Part shown: positions 51,397 through 64,000 of the stretch, piece after piece
Layout: each line of letters starts with the position of its first letter
How positions within the stretch are numbered: position 1 is the stretch's first letter
Origin: Haliotis cracherodii
Lineage: Eukaryota
Direction of reading: 5' to 3'
Length of the DNA stretch: 64,000 nucleotides
Assembly: GCF_022045235.1 (NCBI RefSeq)
Contig: NW_027266271.1
Location: forward strand, 23,002,001-23,066,000
The notes under the pieces: model-generated
Told to the model about the DNA's origin: nothing
Seen by the model: only the letters and a program-made list of their open reading frames with translations
Database searches by the model: none
Position numbers and translations under genes: made by a program

Positions 51397-52686
51397 CTCA
51401 AATTCGAGAACTCACGCAAACACGTTTGGCTTAAAATGACAATTTTGACACCTATAGCTTGAAAATAAACACAGTACCTCAGTTGCGATTCCGGATTCGA
51501 AAAGGTCCTAAATAAACTACGCTTGTCGAACGATACTCTGATGGTCAGGCTCGTTGACTTGCGTGACATCGTACCCGACGGCGGTCTGTAAATTATCGAG
51601 TCTGAACCAGACAATCCAGTGATTGACGTGATGAGTATCGATATAATTAATTAGGATACTATGACATGCTTAAACCAATTCAGAGTGCCTGACCACCCGA
51701 TCCCGTTAGTTGCCTCTTACGGTAAGCATAGTCGCCTTTTACAGTAAGAATAGTGGTCTCTCACGGCAACCATAGTCGCCTCTCAGGGCAAGCACAGTTG
51801 CCTCTTTCGGAAAGCATGGATTGCTGAAGATCTACTCTCTACCCGGATCGCTGGTCTAAGGGTTGAAAGATCGTGTATTATTTTTTTCCGATATCTGCAC
51901 ACGTATGTTTAAGGATTCTCAATGCTGATTGGTCAGTGAAAGCTTAATTTTTGCGATATTTCATCCACTGCTCATTGCTCATAGCGTCGAAAAATGATAA
52001 CATGACGTCATCATATAGCTGTACAGATTCTCTGGAGGGTTGATGTTGCATGCAGTTTTTTCTTCTGACAATGAGTAATGCACACAGAATAAGCCCCCAT
52101 CCCTTCACTCCTGACAGAATCTGTAATTCCTTGAATTTCGTTGTGTTTTCTCTCATTAACATGTAATCTTTTAAAAATGTCTATTGGCGATTTCATGCCT
52201 AGATGCATTGTAATGCATTTGAACAAGAACATATGGATAACCAGCTCCCACTCTGGCATGCCCATGTTTCAACCAATGAATCGATCCCTTCATGAAAAAC
52301 AACAACTTTCTTTAGATTCAATTTGACAGCTGGAAAAAAATAGGTTTGATGAAAGAAAAGAGAAATGTTGGTATTTCCACCAGAATACAAGGGAAACAAC
52401 ACTGCAACTTTCAATCGTCAAGCCGGCGCTATTTTAATTAGCCCGCGCACACCAGACGCCTATTGGCGCCAGCGACCCAACAAACTGGGCTCCTGACCAG
52501 CGAGGGGCCGACTGGAAAACCTCGTTGACGGGGAGAGTTAATCCCCTTGATTCTTCTCCTTTGGGTGGATAATGCTTTCTCCTTGCAAATTCATCTGTGT
52601 GTGTAAATGTATATGTACAATTATGTACTTTGTATAGAAAATACGTGTACGTATATATTTGTAACAATAAAATTTCAGTTCATATA

Positions 52687-52861
52687 CAGTAAACTACGGT
52701 TATAACGAACACGCTTATAACGAACTAACGGATATAACGAACTAACTTTTTAGTCCCGACTACTTGCTGTAGTTATACTGTATATATGCTTATAACGAAT
52801 TACGGTTATAACGAACTAAAATTAGTAATCCCTTTGAGTTCGTTATAACCGTAGTTTACTG
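52687..52861. mobile_element. Tigger/pogo-type MITE
   Basis: Perfect 24-bp TIR CAGTAAACTACGGTTATAACGAAC, TA TSD, internal repeats of TATAACGAA. Confidence 0.9.
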
Positions 52862-53709
52862 TATACTCAACAGCATCTACCCTTATGTTTCAGGCGAACT
52901 GCATGTAATACAACAATACCCCTCCCTTTTAGTTATCCCTGTTTCATTGTATAACCCTCTACCTGTGTATTTGTCGTCATTCACTCGATGCTAATTTAAT
53001 GAATCTAATTACAGATATAATTAGTGGTATTACTACTTAGATTACCTGGAGTCTGTACATTATCTCAATAACGTTTACCTCTGCCTATGAGGGTGTCAGG
53101 GTAATAAAGCACTCAGTGGTTCGCATTTTATCTGGTGTAATAAATTGATTGAGAAGAAGATTATTTTATTACGGTGTCACACAAAGTACATACGTACAAC
53201 ATAATACGAAACATTCATCACTGTACATTGTCCGACCAAAGATCTACGAGACACCAGCGTACAAACATCTTCATAATAAAAGCACGTACTCGTAAGTGCT
53301 AAAATATGTAATTCAATAATTATACAATCTGCAAAATATTCTATTGCGCAGTGAATTGTCTGTGATTAAACATTTAAGTAGCAGCAGCGGGGAGGGGAGA
53401 AACAAGCAGATCATTCTACATTATAGATATGGTCTGGTCAATTGGTGACATATTAGGGAATAACGGGTCAAGTTGAGAGGCATGTGCCCACAATGAAAAT
53501 CTTGTCAGAATAGAATGGACATTCAGTTAAGAATTAAACTTCATCCTCCACTTGTTGGTGGTCACAGTATTTGCAAATTAATTAATTTGCAATTACGATG
53601 AAGTGAGTGAGTTTTTGGACGTGAAAAGCGACCGAGTTCTATTTCTAGAGGGAGTGTACCTCATCTCAACTTTGCAAGATTATTACGATGCTACCTATAT
53701 GTTATAAAT

Positions 53710-53761
53710 GTGAGGTGAAGTGGGGTTTAATGTCGCGTCCAGGATTATTGCACTTATATAG

Positions 53762-53808
<47 letters not shown>

Positions 53809-54049
53809 TGCTTGTACTAGTCCGGACTGATGCCGATTTATAGTGCTAGCACACTAGGATACCATGCCGTAGTTTAACATGAATACCCCACCCAGACACA
53901 GTATATTGACTCCGAGCCGACCAGTCCTTGTTTTAGCCCCTTAATGCCTAGCGCCAGACAGGGTGACAACAAGTACCATCTTTTAAGGTCTTTTGGTATG
54001 ACGCGGCAGGCCAGGGCGGACGCTCTACCACTAGACCACGGAGGCGGTC
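53710..54049 (-). mobile_element. SINE family A with an expanded internal (TG)n microsatellite (~53766-53806)
   Basis: Homologous to other A copies; partial copies also at ~17190-17326 and ~19797-19935. Confidence 0.85.
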
Positions 54050-54639
54050 TATTAGTTTTAGATCGTACATAAGTTGAATCTTCTACTGTAGTTTTAAATA
54101 ATCTAAACGTTCTATGTTTATTTCCATTTATTTGGCCAGTGTCATTCCACAGACCTCGAAGCCCGATGTGGTGATCAATAGCAATCGGACTATTTTAAAT
54201 ATCTTTAAAATCTCTAAGTGCAAAGCGGAACACGTTAATCGACGGCAATTCAATGTATGGATTAAATCAATAACTGTATTTTACGGAATTTAAAAGACCA
54301 AAATTTTACTACATTTACAATTTGTGATGGGTCTGCCATATTCAGTCTTCTCCCAAAACGGATTACCTACATTTTCTGTTTTGGTGTACAAGACAACCAA
54401 CCTGTCTCGCCGCGGATGGCCAGTTTGGGAGATTTATTACCTCACCCTAGAAATAAACAACAGGCTCTATTTGGAATAGCATTTATACAACTCGATTATT
54501 TACTCTACGATTGGGTTATATATCCAGTGCTCACGTGGTGAATGTACTACATGTTATGTAATTTGCACGTGGAAGCGCAGCATGAGAGGAATGATCAGTC
54601 GAGTTGAAAAAACATCGATCAATGGATTAGCCGATTATA

Positions 54640-54997
54640 TTTGTTTGTTTGTTTGCTGTTTAACGCCGCACTCACCAATATTCCAGCTATATGACGGCGG
54701 TCTGTAAGTAATCGAGTCTGAATCAGACAATCCAGTGATTGACATCATCAACATCGAACCACGCATCGAACCTGACAGCGATCCTGACCACCCGATCCCG
54801 TTAGTCGCCTTTTACGACAAGCAGAGTCACCTTTTACGGCAAGCATGGGTTGCTGAAGACCTGGACCCACTTGCACAAAGCGTTCTTAGGGCGAAGATGA
54901 TCGTAACTCCCATACTTTAACATAGGCTTACAGTACTTGCAGCGTTAAGATCGCTTTGTGCAAGTGGGCCCTGTTCTACCCCGGAACTTCACGGGCC
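54640..54997 (-). mobile_element. Family D element carrying a nested Harbinger-like MITE (54864-54970)
   Basis: Outer TSD TAGCCGATTAT; inner element flanked by CTG/CTG. Confidence 0.85.
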
Positions 54998-56309
54998 TAG
55001 CCGATTATGTGTTGTATGATTGCTCATCGTTATCTAACTCTAGATTTTTAAAGAACCGTGGACATCATGAACATAGTTGTCACGTGTGCTACCTCAGCTG
55101 ACCAATGAGACTTGGCACCTATGTGAAACATCTGAAACAAACTTGCGTGGTCAGTTGAGGAACGAACACGGGTCATAATATCCCGAAAGGCGACATATAC
55201 TTTAAAATATTAGATTGTTACAAAGACACGTGACATCGAACAATCTTCTTTGTACAGATTCAGATGTATGGGATAGTGTTCCTGTATGTGGATATCTGCG
55301 GATACATTCCTTGAACAACGTTACTGCCTGCTAAGATACATATAACGTTTGTCGGATGTCGATATTGTCCTTTTGTTGTCATTCATTTTCTGTAGCAAGA
55401 ACGCGGTAGGCTTCATCGGTGATTTATCAAGTTGTTCCATACGTAAAACATATCCGGCAATTGCAATCAGTTGTTCAAAGTGCTACGCTTATGGTTATTA
55501 TTATTTTACGTACACATGGTAAAAGCTGCAACTAAAATAATTCAATGTTGGAATATTTTATATCTGATAAAATAATAGTTTCGGATACTATTCATCCGAT
55601 CATTGCATCATAATTCTTTGAAGTTTTTTTATAGTGTATTTTTTAACCGAATCACCGGAGGATTGGTAGAAAATGTGTATTCAGCTGATTGCTATTTAGT
55701 TTACGAGAAAATACACACGGTAATCTTTATTTCTGAACATAAAACAGTGCCTCCTGACAGAAAATAAAATTTAAATGGTAAATCTTCATGTTTAGTGATA
55801 ATGTATCTGAATTTCACATTTTTATTGATCACGTTTGTTATCACCTGTTCGTTAACCTTAATTCTCTGAAGGGATACTATGTAAAATATATTCCTATCAG
55901 TCAAGTTTATTAAATGAAGACCAAAACATGTTCTTATCACTAACATCTTGGAATAACCACACAAACGCAAAACCGTTATTAAATAACATTTGTCTTACAT
56001 ACGATGCCCAATTGACTTTTCCATAAGCATAACATAAATTTGGAAGGGGTATCGACATGCATTCATACGTAGAAGTTTAATCCAGTACTTAATAACCCAT
56101 ATTTGCGCATTTATAAACCTACAACGTCCAGAATAGCTACCTTTGTTGCCAATTTACCCACACCAAAAACAACTTTAAAATTGCTTGTTTGTATCTTTTC
56201 AAATGTATCATGATATTTATTGCCCCATATTTCCGAACCCATACATCAATATTGGAGCGATTTTACTGTCAAATATATTACAAGCAGTCGAGAAATCAAC
56301 AAATCTGTT

Positions 56310-56475
56310 GGGGCGGTCGGGTAGCCTAGTGGTTAAAGCGTTCGCTCGTCACGCCGAAGACCCGGGTCCGATTCCCGACATGGGTACAATGTGTGAAGCC
56401 CATTTCTGGTGTCCCCCGCCGTGATATTGCTGGAATTTTGCTAAAAGCGGTGTAAAACCATTCACTCACTCACTC
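56310..56475 (+). mobile_element. Short tRNA-derived SINE family B (tRNA-Asp-like head, (CACT)n tail)
   Basis: GGTAGCCTAGTGGTTAAAGC A-box, degenerate B-box, GTC in the anticodon-like loop; TSD ..ACAAATCTGTT; further copies ~26278-26449 (-), ~46106-46267 (-), degenerate ~1315-1445 (+). Confidence 0.88.
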
Positions 56476-56859
56476 AACAAATCTGTTATTGCTGAACAAA
56501 TGTAAAACTGATCCTATTGCCAACCGTGCTTGCATGACACGTTTTACAGGCTCTAGACCATATTAACCGCGAAGAGAACACAATTCCAAGATACGTATAG
56601 TAATATATAAGTTACCGTCTTTATCTTTATATAGCCAGTGTAGTACGGTTTTTCTATCTTACGATCTAATATACAAATTCTTAATGAAATGGCAATACAT
56701 CATACATTATATTTATATTTGTCCAGTTCAGAAACGACGTTTTGGCGGCTTTTATAAAAAGCAGTACGATTTCCAAAGATTCCATGTTTGGATAATCCTT
56801 CGAGGTTTGTTCAATTTAACCTAACTTTTTTTATGGCATAGAACCATGCATACCGCATT

Positions 56860-57093
56860 GTCTGGAGCCGTGATTGGTAAAGGAAGTGTCTGCTGCCAGA
56901 AGGATGCGAATAGAATCGCCGTTTTGATTGGTGAAAAATCCGCCAGTGTAAGCCGCTCCCGTCTCACGAGCACAAGTGCATTCGCTCCATCTTGAATCAC
57001 AAGCACCGGTTCAGCCTTACAGCGGGCGAAACACGAGGAGAACAAAGAACACCAGGACGATCGTTTTCTGTATATTGCCTATAACCAGTAAGT
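56860..57093 (+). promoter_or_regulatory. CpG-rich promoter and probable non-coding first exon of an unidentified downstream gene
   Basis: Local CpG enrichment, two inverted CCAAT boxes (GATTGG ~56873 and ~56926), consensus donor CA|GTAAGT at 57088; no coding exon recognised up to the window end. Confidence 0.5.
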
Positions 57094-59315
57094 GTTTGTC
57101 AATGTGAACTGTAACTTAAGGTTTAGTGTTACGTCTTCTCTCGCCTAGACCCCTTTGTTCAAAAGTCGCTGAAGCGTGCCGACCGGTGCCGACTTTTCAC
57201 AACTGGCACCGTTCCTGAATCCTATGAATGGACATTACAACGGCAAGGTTTTAATTGTTGAACGTATTTGAAACTGCATTTTTAATGTTTTGTGAAATAT
57301 TGATGAACTTAGAACATGTTTTTACACTTATTATCAAACTTTCATACTCGGTGAAGCTTTTAGCAGACGGACGCCTTCTAGCCACGCTGCGGTTTAAGTG
57401 ACTCAGCGCTCCCATGCAGCTCCGTCGAACCATCGACCGGATAAAAAGCACGTCTGACACTTCGTATGTGAGGGATAGTTGAAGATTTCTCAAATTTCTC
57501 ATCTCTTACGTACAATCGTGGGGCTCGTGATATTCATCGTTTGTTAGCGGTGGGTAAATATCTTGGATGTAGTTGGGCCTAGAACTAGAAGATGTCAGGA
57601 AGGGAAAAAGGAGTGTCCCGCTACCCGATAACAATGCCATTGATAATCAGCCAGTTCAGCTGGGCCTATCGCTCTATACTTCGGTAACTAGCTGGCTGGT
57701 TCTTACTCGTTACCATTGTCAGGAATCACTGTGAGTCATAGAGCAGATTAATCATCTGAATAAACTGCGAACTTGATACACCGTCAACACCGTAGTAGTA
57801 ACAACTAATAGTCTACTGGAATACTTTGTGGAACGCCACTTACTTCAACGATTCAGGAAGAGTGTGTGGGTTGGGTTGGGGCTTATGCCGTTAAAGAACC
57901 GTTTCTCTGCTAAAGTTAGGAATGTTCTGTAGTCAAGTATTCTTGTGTTCATTTTTTCATTGTCACAATGAGAAGACATGGTTTGATTAATTGTATTTCT
58001 TTAAAACTAGGAAATGTCTAGGCCTAGGGATACAATTCGGAATTTTCTTAAACAGATGTGGAATTATCAATTTCAGTTGCTCTACAACACAACAGCTGTT
58101 TAATTAAATGTTTGTGAAATTTAACTGCTTGTACACTCATTAGTGGACTTTGAAATTTTATTACGACATCTGGGAAATATTTGTATTCATAATTTTAAGT
58201 AATTGAAAATAGTTTTGTTGGTATAAAAGTACATTTTATAATTAATCATTCAATATCCTTTGTTGTTGGTGAATACTTAACATTATTCTAAATAATTATA
58301 AGGATACAGGAAAAGGAAACAGAAAATCATTAAATTTATCAAGGAAAAAAATGAAAACTGTCTGATCTGATTACAAAATACAATTTTGTTTTTCAAAATA
58401 ATAATCCTAATACCTAGTAAAGAAGGGCGTCATTTTCTTTCTTTCTTTAGTTTTCCTTTGTTCTGCAAATTAATAGTAAATGAATGAAACGAGAGATGTG
58501 ATGCAACCCTTGCCTCCAGATAGATTTACCTGCGGTCCAGTCATTATTGATCTAGGCACCCTTAGTCATTGAAGCCTAGGTCAGTGTGACCTCATCTGTC
58601 AGCAAACACAAAATATTTGGTCAGGATTGTGTGTGGATGAAGCAGATTGGAGAGTATTATGTTAGATTACTTCGGTGAAAGAGGTGTGAAGTTTGGATGT
58701 TGTGTGATTTTTGTCCACAGTTTTTGATATGATGATGTGTTAGGAGATGTTATAATGACATGCATTGTGAGGTGGTTGTAATTTGAATGTACCATTTAGT
58801 CATGTGTGATTTACAAAAGACATTTCCGGAATTCCCACTTAAATATTTTATGTAACATAATGATATTAGCTATATCAAATAACATAATTGAATATAAGAA
58901 AGGACAGTTTGCTGATTGATCAAGAAATGCTGGCGTTAAGATTGGTTCATTTTCAAAGATAATTAATTCTTGATATACAGAATGTCCTATAGACATTTCT
59001 AAGGTTGATAGTACTATAGAGAGTTAAAAAAATCATAAACGTGACACGTCATAACGCTATATGTTTCTAACAAAATCACTGAAATAAAATTGAATTTGAA
59101 AAATTGTTTACTTTGGCAGTAATAGAAATATCATATATTATAAGGACTTTTTTAAGGGTTTTGCTGTGTGTTACCATTATAAGGACTAGTGGACAAAAAC
59201 ACAGCACAACTAAGATATTGGGGTTAATTCATTATGGTCATTAGGTCATAATCTATGCAAGGATAATTATCTTGGCATTATCATAGGCTGATATTTGGCT
59301 ACAGGAGACCATATA

Positions 59316-59872
59316 CAGTCAAGTCTCGTTTAACCGACACTCATTAATCCAACAATGGGCTTTATCCAACACTAATGATGGGAACCAATTAAATCAGTGC
59401 TATTTAGACCCGTTAATCCGACAGTCTCGCACTTCAACTCCGACACACCTAATTTGCAACGAATTACCGAAATCACTCATTAATCAGTCTCGTTAATCCG
59501 ACAGTGATCAGCGTACTCCGTGGTCATCTGCCCGTGAGTACACAGACTCTGACAGTGTTTTGATGCGAGACTATCGGCTGGTATCTGCATATTACGAAGC
59601 TGCAGAGATAAACTTTGCTTAACAATAAACAATTAATGCTTTAAATAAAGAAAACAGGATTAATCACATGCTCAGATTACCTCAATCTCATTTAAATCAG
59701 ATACAAGTTCTCACTATCGCAGAGGACATCCCTTTACAGGTCACGTCAGAAGAACCTTTCGCGAACTATGACCGACGAACGTTGATACTACTTAATTTCG
59801 TTTATCCGACATACTCGTTATTCCAACATGATCATATGTAACCAGCCATGTCGGATTAACGGGACTCGACTG
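59316..59872. mobile_element. Tigger/pogo-type MITE
   Basis: Imperfect TIR CAGTCAAGTCTCGTTTAACCGACA / TGTCGGATTAACGGGACTCGACTG, TA TSD, internal TTAATCCGACA repeats. Confidence 0.8.
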
Positions 59873-60873
59873 TATACTATATACCTGTTGGCTAATATAA
59901 AAGAGGAAAATTCTTTATATATGTTATTCCATTAGATGCAAATCTACAATTCATCTCTACCTGAAAATATTTTAAAATATATTTTCACATCAGTTATCCC
60001 TTCCTACACTACTTATCAATATTCAAAATTATGGTGACTCCTGGTGGCCTTATTATTTGCTGTTTTTGTGTTTGAATTTGGGATCCAATAAGCCTTCAAT
60101 TACATGACATTTGGGTCATGAAGATCCCTTCGTTAAAAAAAGGTGTTACCTTGTTAAAAAAAAACACACTGAAAGATGGATGAAATAGGTTATTGCGACC
60201 TAACAGAAACCATATGGATGAAGGGATGCTTCTCCATGTTGCTTGCCAGGAATTCAGTAGGCGATTACCTGGTCACATGATCATGCAGTCACATGACCAG
60301 GAAGTTATCAGTCTCACTAGAACCTGCCTGAGACAATTACTGGAAGCAAGTGTTGGTAATGCGCTTCTTTGATGAGGGAATCTTTTTGAAGTTTCTGTGA
60401 GTCCTGACTAAGATTCGATGACATTTGCTACGTAGAAAACTGAAAAAAATAAATACGATTAGACTAAGACTTGCAAAATTAGCTTTGAAGATAGACACCA
60501 GAAGGCAGAAAAAAATACTTTCCATTTCAATTTGGGATTAGGTATCAGTCAGTACTCCAGCTGGTGTGCATTTATGCTGCCTATTTTAAGTATTATCTAA
60601 TATACTTTGGTTATGTTGATACGAGTATGTACAGTTTTTGCCAAAATACAGACTTCAGTGTTGGAGTTCTATCCTGTTAAATCTCAGGTAAAGGGCACTG
60701 GGAGATAGAATCTGTAATGCTGAAGGAGGTTGCTGATTTTCACCTTTCTAAATGGTATATGCCACCCAAAGGCTGGATGTTGTGGTGGCGATGTGAAACA
60801 ACAGTGCTAGTTATTGGGATGTGTGCATGTAACTGTTAGGGACCAGTTCAAAAGTTTGATGTCAGATAAAAAA

Positions 60874-60982
60874 CCAATCTCATTAAAATCAGATCTGACA
60901 TTCTGACGTGACCCCTAATGGGATGTCCTCAGATCTTTGTTTAGCGGTAGTGAGAACTGAGGTCTGATTTTAATGAGATTGG
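60874..60982. mobile_element. 109-bp MITE with 20-bp TIR and 8-bp TSD
   Basis: CCAATCTCATTAAAATCAGA / TCTGATTTTAATGAGATTGG flanked by ATAAAAAA on both sides. Confidence 0.78.
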
Positions 60983-62446
60983 ATAAAAAAAACTACAAAT
61001 GATTTTCAACACCCAGCAAACCAGCAAATACGTTTCATTTGATAATCATTCCGAAAAAAACTTGGCAAAACACAAGAAGGCGTGACAAAAAAGGCCACTA
61101 AACTCGGCAACTCAACATTTTCAGAATTAAGTTCTTTTTGAGGGGGTGGGGGGGGGGGGGATGTTTAAGGAATAATAATAAGGAATTCCGACATTGAACT
61201 TTGTTACATTTGAAAAAATGTTTTAAAAAATAACGGGGTGGGGAAGCAAAATGTGGTACAGTCCTACAGTCCAAATTCACTAAATTGGACATTACAATTT
61301 GGGGAAACTTGAGTCCGAATGTATAAAAATCTTTTAGAAATCAAAGCAAAGAACATGAAGACTACATGACTCAGATACTTAACCATTCTTACCCTGTAAG
61401 CTGTTACAGTGGCACCAGGAAGGAAGTCTTGTGAATTTGAGGAAGCAATTATAATCAAGCTATGCTTATCCAATTATCTGCCATGAATGGCAGGTCAAGA
61501 CTTACAGCCAATCAGACCCTTGGGCCCAGACATAGCAGTTTGAAGCTTACCAGATGACTTGCATAATGCAGGCAGATGGAAGTTTGAATGGGTTTATTCA
61601 GAATGTCCGGGGCCCTTGCCTCCTATCACTGATGACAAGGGCCGGTACTTGAGAGAGCACTTGCCAGACTGACAAGGGTTGGAAGGATATAGTTGATAAG
61701 ATAACTTCCTTCATCTGCTCTTGTGAGTTAGTATCATCATGGTGAATTGATGAAGAATTATGGGGTTGTCTTATTATTAAGGAAGGATATTGTGAATGTA
61801 GGAAGGACTGGAGTAAGACTTAAAACTTAATTTGATATGACATGAATGAGGCAAGCCTGGAAATATGATACTGTGCTTGAATGATAAGTTACATTGTAAG
61901 ACTGTCAGATTTTGTCTTTTACTCGTAGCCAGAAACCAGAAGTTTTTTGTCTGGTTTGGATTTAATAATGACAAGCTGCTGATGAAAGATATTTTTATTG
62001 TAAAAACATTTCTTGAGTATTATGCCGAAAGAGATGACTGTGCTAGCAGTAAGAAGCCACTATGCTTGTTGTGAGAGATGACTATGCTTGTCATAAGAGG
62101 CAACTATGCTCCTGTGAGGGGCGACTAACAGGATCGGTTGGTCAGGTTCTCTGACTTTGTTGATGCATGTCATCGTATCCCATTTGCGTAGATCGAAGGT
62201 AAGGATGTCAATGACTGGATTGTCTGGTCCAGATTCATTTCACAAACTGCCTACATATTGCTGGAATATTGCTCAGTGTGGTGTCAAACACACAGACCTA
62301 CCAATAACCCTCTAGCATATACAGCAGCCTGGAGCCAGTCTAAAATATGATAGTCGTATTGACATTTGAAGTATCATGATCCATCTGTGCATCAGTGAAC
62401 ATGGTGAATAGTTGTCTGATTGCTACTGATTGTATTTATTCAGTTA

Positions 62447-62736
62447 CCGTATTCGACGTAATAAGCGCCCCGGGCGCTCTCAAAATTAGAAATAGGGGGC
62501 TCTTATTAGAATATTATTTTGGTGGAAAAAAAACAGATTTGAAAGATAAATTTTGTGGTTTATGCTGTACCCACAATTAAAGATGCATATAACACACGAG
62601 TGCATAATAAATAAGTCTTTTGTACATTGATCAATCAGATCAAAGGGGTGCTAATTGGAATTGTTCACTAGCAAATATATTAGCAATATAGCCGTGGGCG
62701 CTTATTAGAGAGGGGTGCTTATTTCGTCGAATATGG
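62447..62736. mobile_element. Tc1/mariner-type MITE, same family as 4900-5243
   Basis: Near-identical sequence and TIRs, TA flanks. Confidence 0.85.
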
Positions 62737-64000
62737 TATTGATAATAAGTCACAGGATATCTTATTATGGTAATACAATGTACAAGCAATTGTTAATTTT
62801 TTGTCAAATATATACCGTGTTATACAGTGGGAGAAATTGAATTTAAATGGCTCATTATCCATCTGGCAGGATTATTTCGAGGTTTTATCTTATAACACAT
62901 TTAACGATGAATTTTTATATGTTCCTGTGCACAAGTCTATAGTTATGTTTATCAAAATTAGATAAAGATTATTAGTGTGAACCTAGTTACAGCAAGTTAC
63001 AATCTGATAACAGTTAGGGATAAATATGCACACCACAATGTGTCCTTTAAAACTACCCAATAGCAGTGTTTTCTGATGGCACTTGTCAGGAGAGTAAGTT
63101 GACATGATTTATGTGGGGTATTTTGTTTGTCCTCAGTAACCTATGCTGCTTGTTCTAGGTGAGACTAAAATCGATTGTGTGGTCTTGGTTGATTGGGTGT
63201 AGCCTTATGGCGTGGGATATTGCTCATAGTATCAGTCACTGGTTTCCTGGGTCCATTATACACTGGCCACCGTGATGTGGCTGGAATATTGCTCTCACCA
63301 GAATCAATATGTATTATACCAATGTAACCAGTGAACATTGTTTGAGAATGTTGTGTATACAATGTTCCAGAATAACCTGAAAGTATGTGATAACATATCA
63401 TAAGTGCCTCCACGTAGCAGAAGGTTCATATTGCATACCTACACACTTATCAAGGAAACATACGCCAACATGGCTTAGAGTGTATCCGCTGTGGAACTTT
63501 GGTGGCAGAATTGGTCCCAAGTTATCAATGCTTGTCTAAACATTAAGATCAGGTGGTTACAGTATGTGACCTGGCTGATTGTGTGTCTTCATAGCCAGAA
63601 ACAAAAACCAACATATTTCATGCTTGCTTGCTTTCCGCAGACTATTTCTCATTGAACATATTTGTGGATGTAGCTAACTAATGATCATTTTCAGTAGAGT
63701 GTCAGTCTGTGCCAAAACACACTACTAGCCTACCGGTAAACATGGCCCTCAGCAGCAGTTTCAGTAGTGTTATTTTTTGGACTGTTAGTAGTTGAGCTTA
63801 CTACACCGACACAATTTTACTAGACTCTCGCTACAGACTAGTTGCTAATGTCGCAGACGGGAGTTATGTGTTGTCATATGGAGGATTTAGCTGAGCTTAC
63901 AAGACCGAACAGAAGTTTACTAGACTCGGTCTTTGGACTAGTCTTTTAATCACAGGCTGATTGCATATGTTAAACCTGTGAAATAAGCAGGCTTCGTGCA

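Noticed and set aside
51707-51816. Regular 22-bp repeat array resembling CRISPR
   Set aside because: No spacers and a eukaryotic context; it is an expansion of the family D internal motif
56310-56385. Possible tRNA-Asp gene (and tRNA-like heads of SINE families A and C)
   Set aside because: Imperfect cloverleaf continuing into a multi-copy SINE body with TSDs; not functional tRNA genes

Overview
AT-rich, intron-rich animal genomic DNA. The repeat families suggest a mollusc, probably a gastropod such as abalone (inference). Four protein-coding genes were reconstructed by hand from GT-AG boundaries and phase continuity: (1) a 7-exon FASTK/RAP-domain gene, FASTKD3-like (+, 1670-10360); (2) an intronless class A peptide-type GPCR with non-canonical activation motifs (-, 12683-13690); (3) cytoplasmic dynein 1 intermediate chain (-, 16081-42677), with 15 core exons and a 12.5-kb intron holding several symmetric phase-1 cassette/micro-exons; (4) SDHAF3/ACN9 (+, 45346-47117), head-to-head with the dynein gene. 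A CpG-rich promoter and probable non-coding first exon of a fifth, unidentified gene lie near 56.9-57.1 kb. Non-coding DNA carries four SINE-like families with different heads but a shared, covarying 3' stem-loop; one has a pseudoknot-type head and no tRNA. It also carries several MITE families (TA-TSD Tc1/mariner type, 8-bp-TSD hAT type, and a CWG-TSD Harbinger type with an AGACCWG target), Helentron/HINE-like elements, Penelope-like pLTR remnants with a degenerate hammerhead core, a 33/30-bp minisatellite, and a tandem triplication of part of a dynein exon. Most short ORFs in the supplied track are repeat-derived or spurious. No database search was run; family names come from motif recognition and recall.
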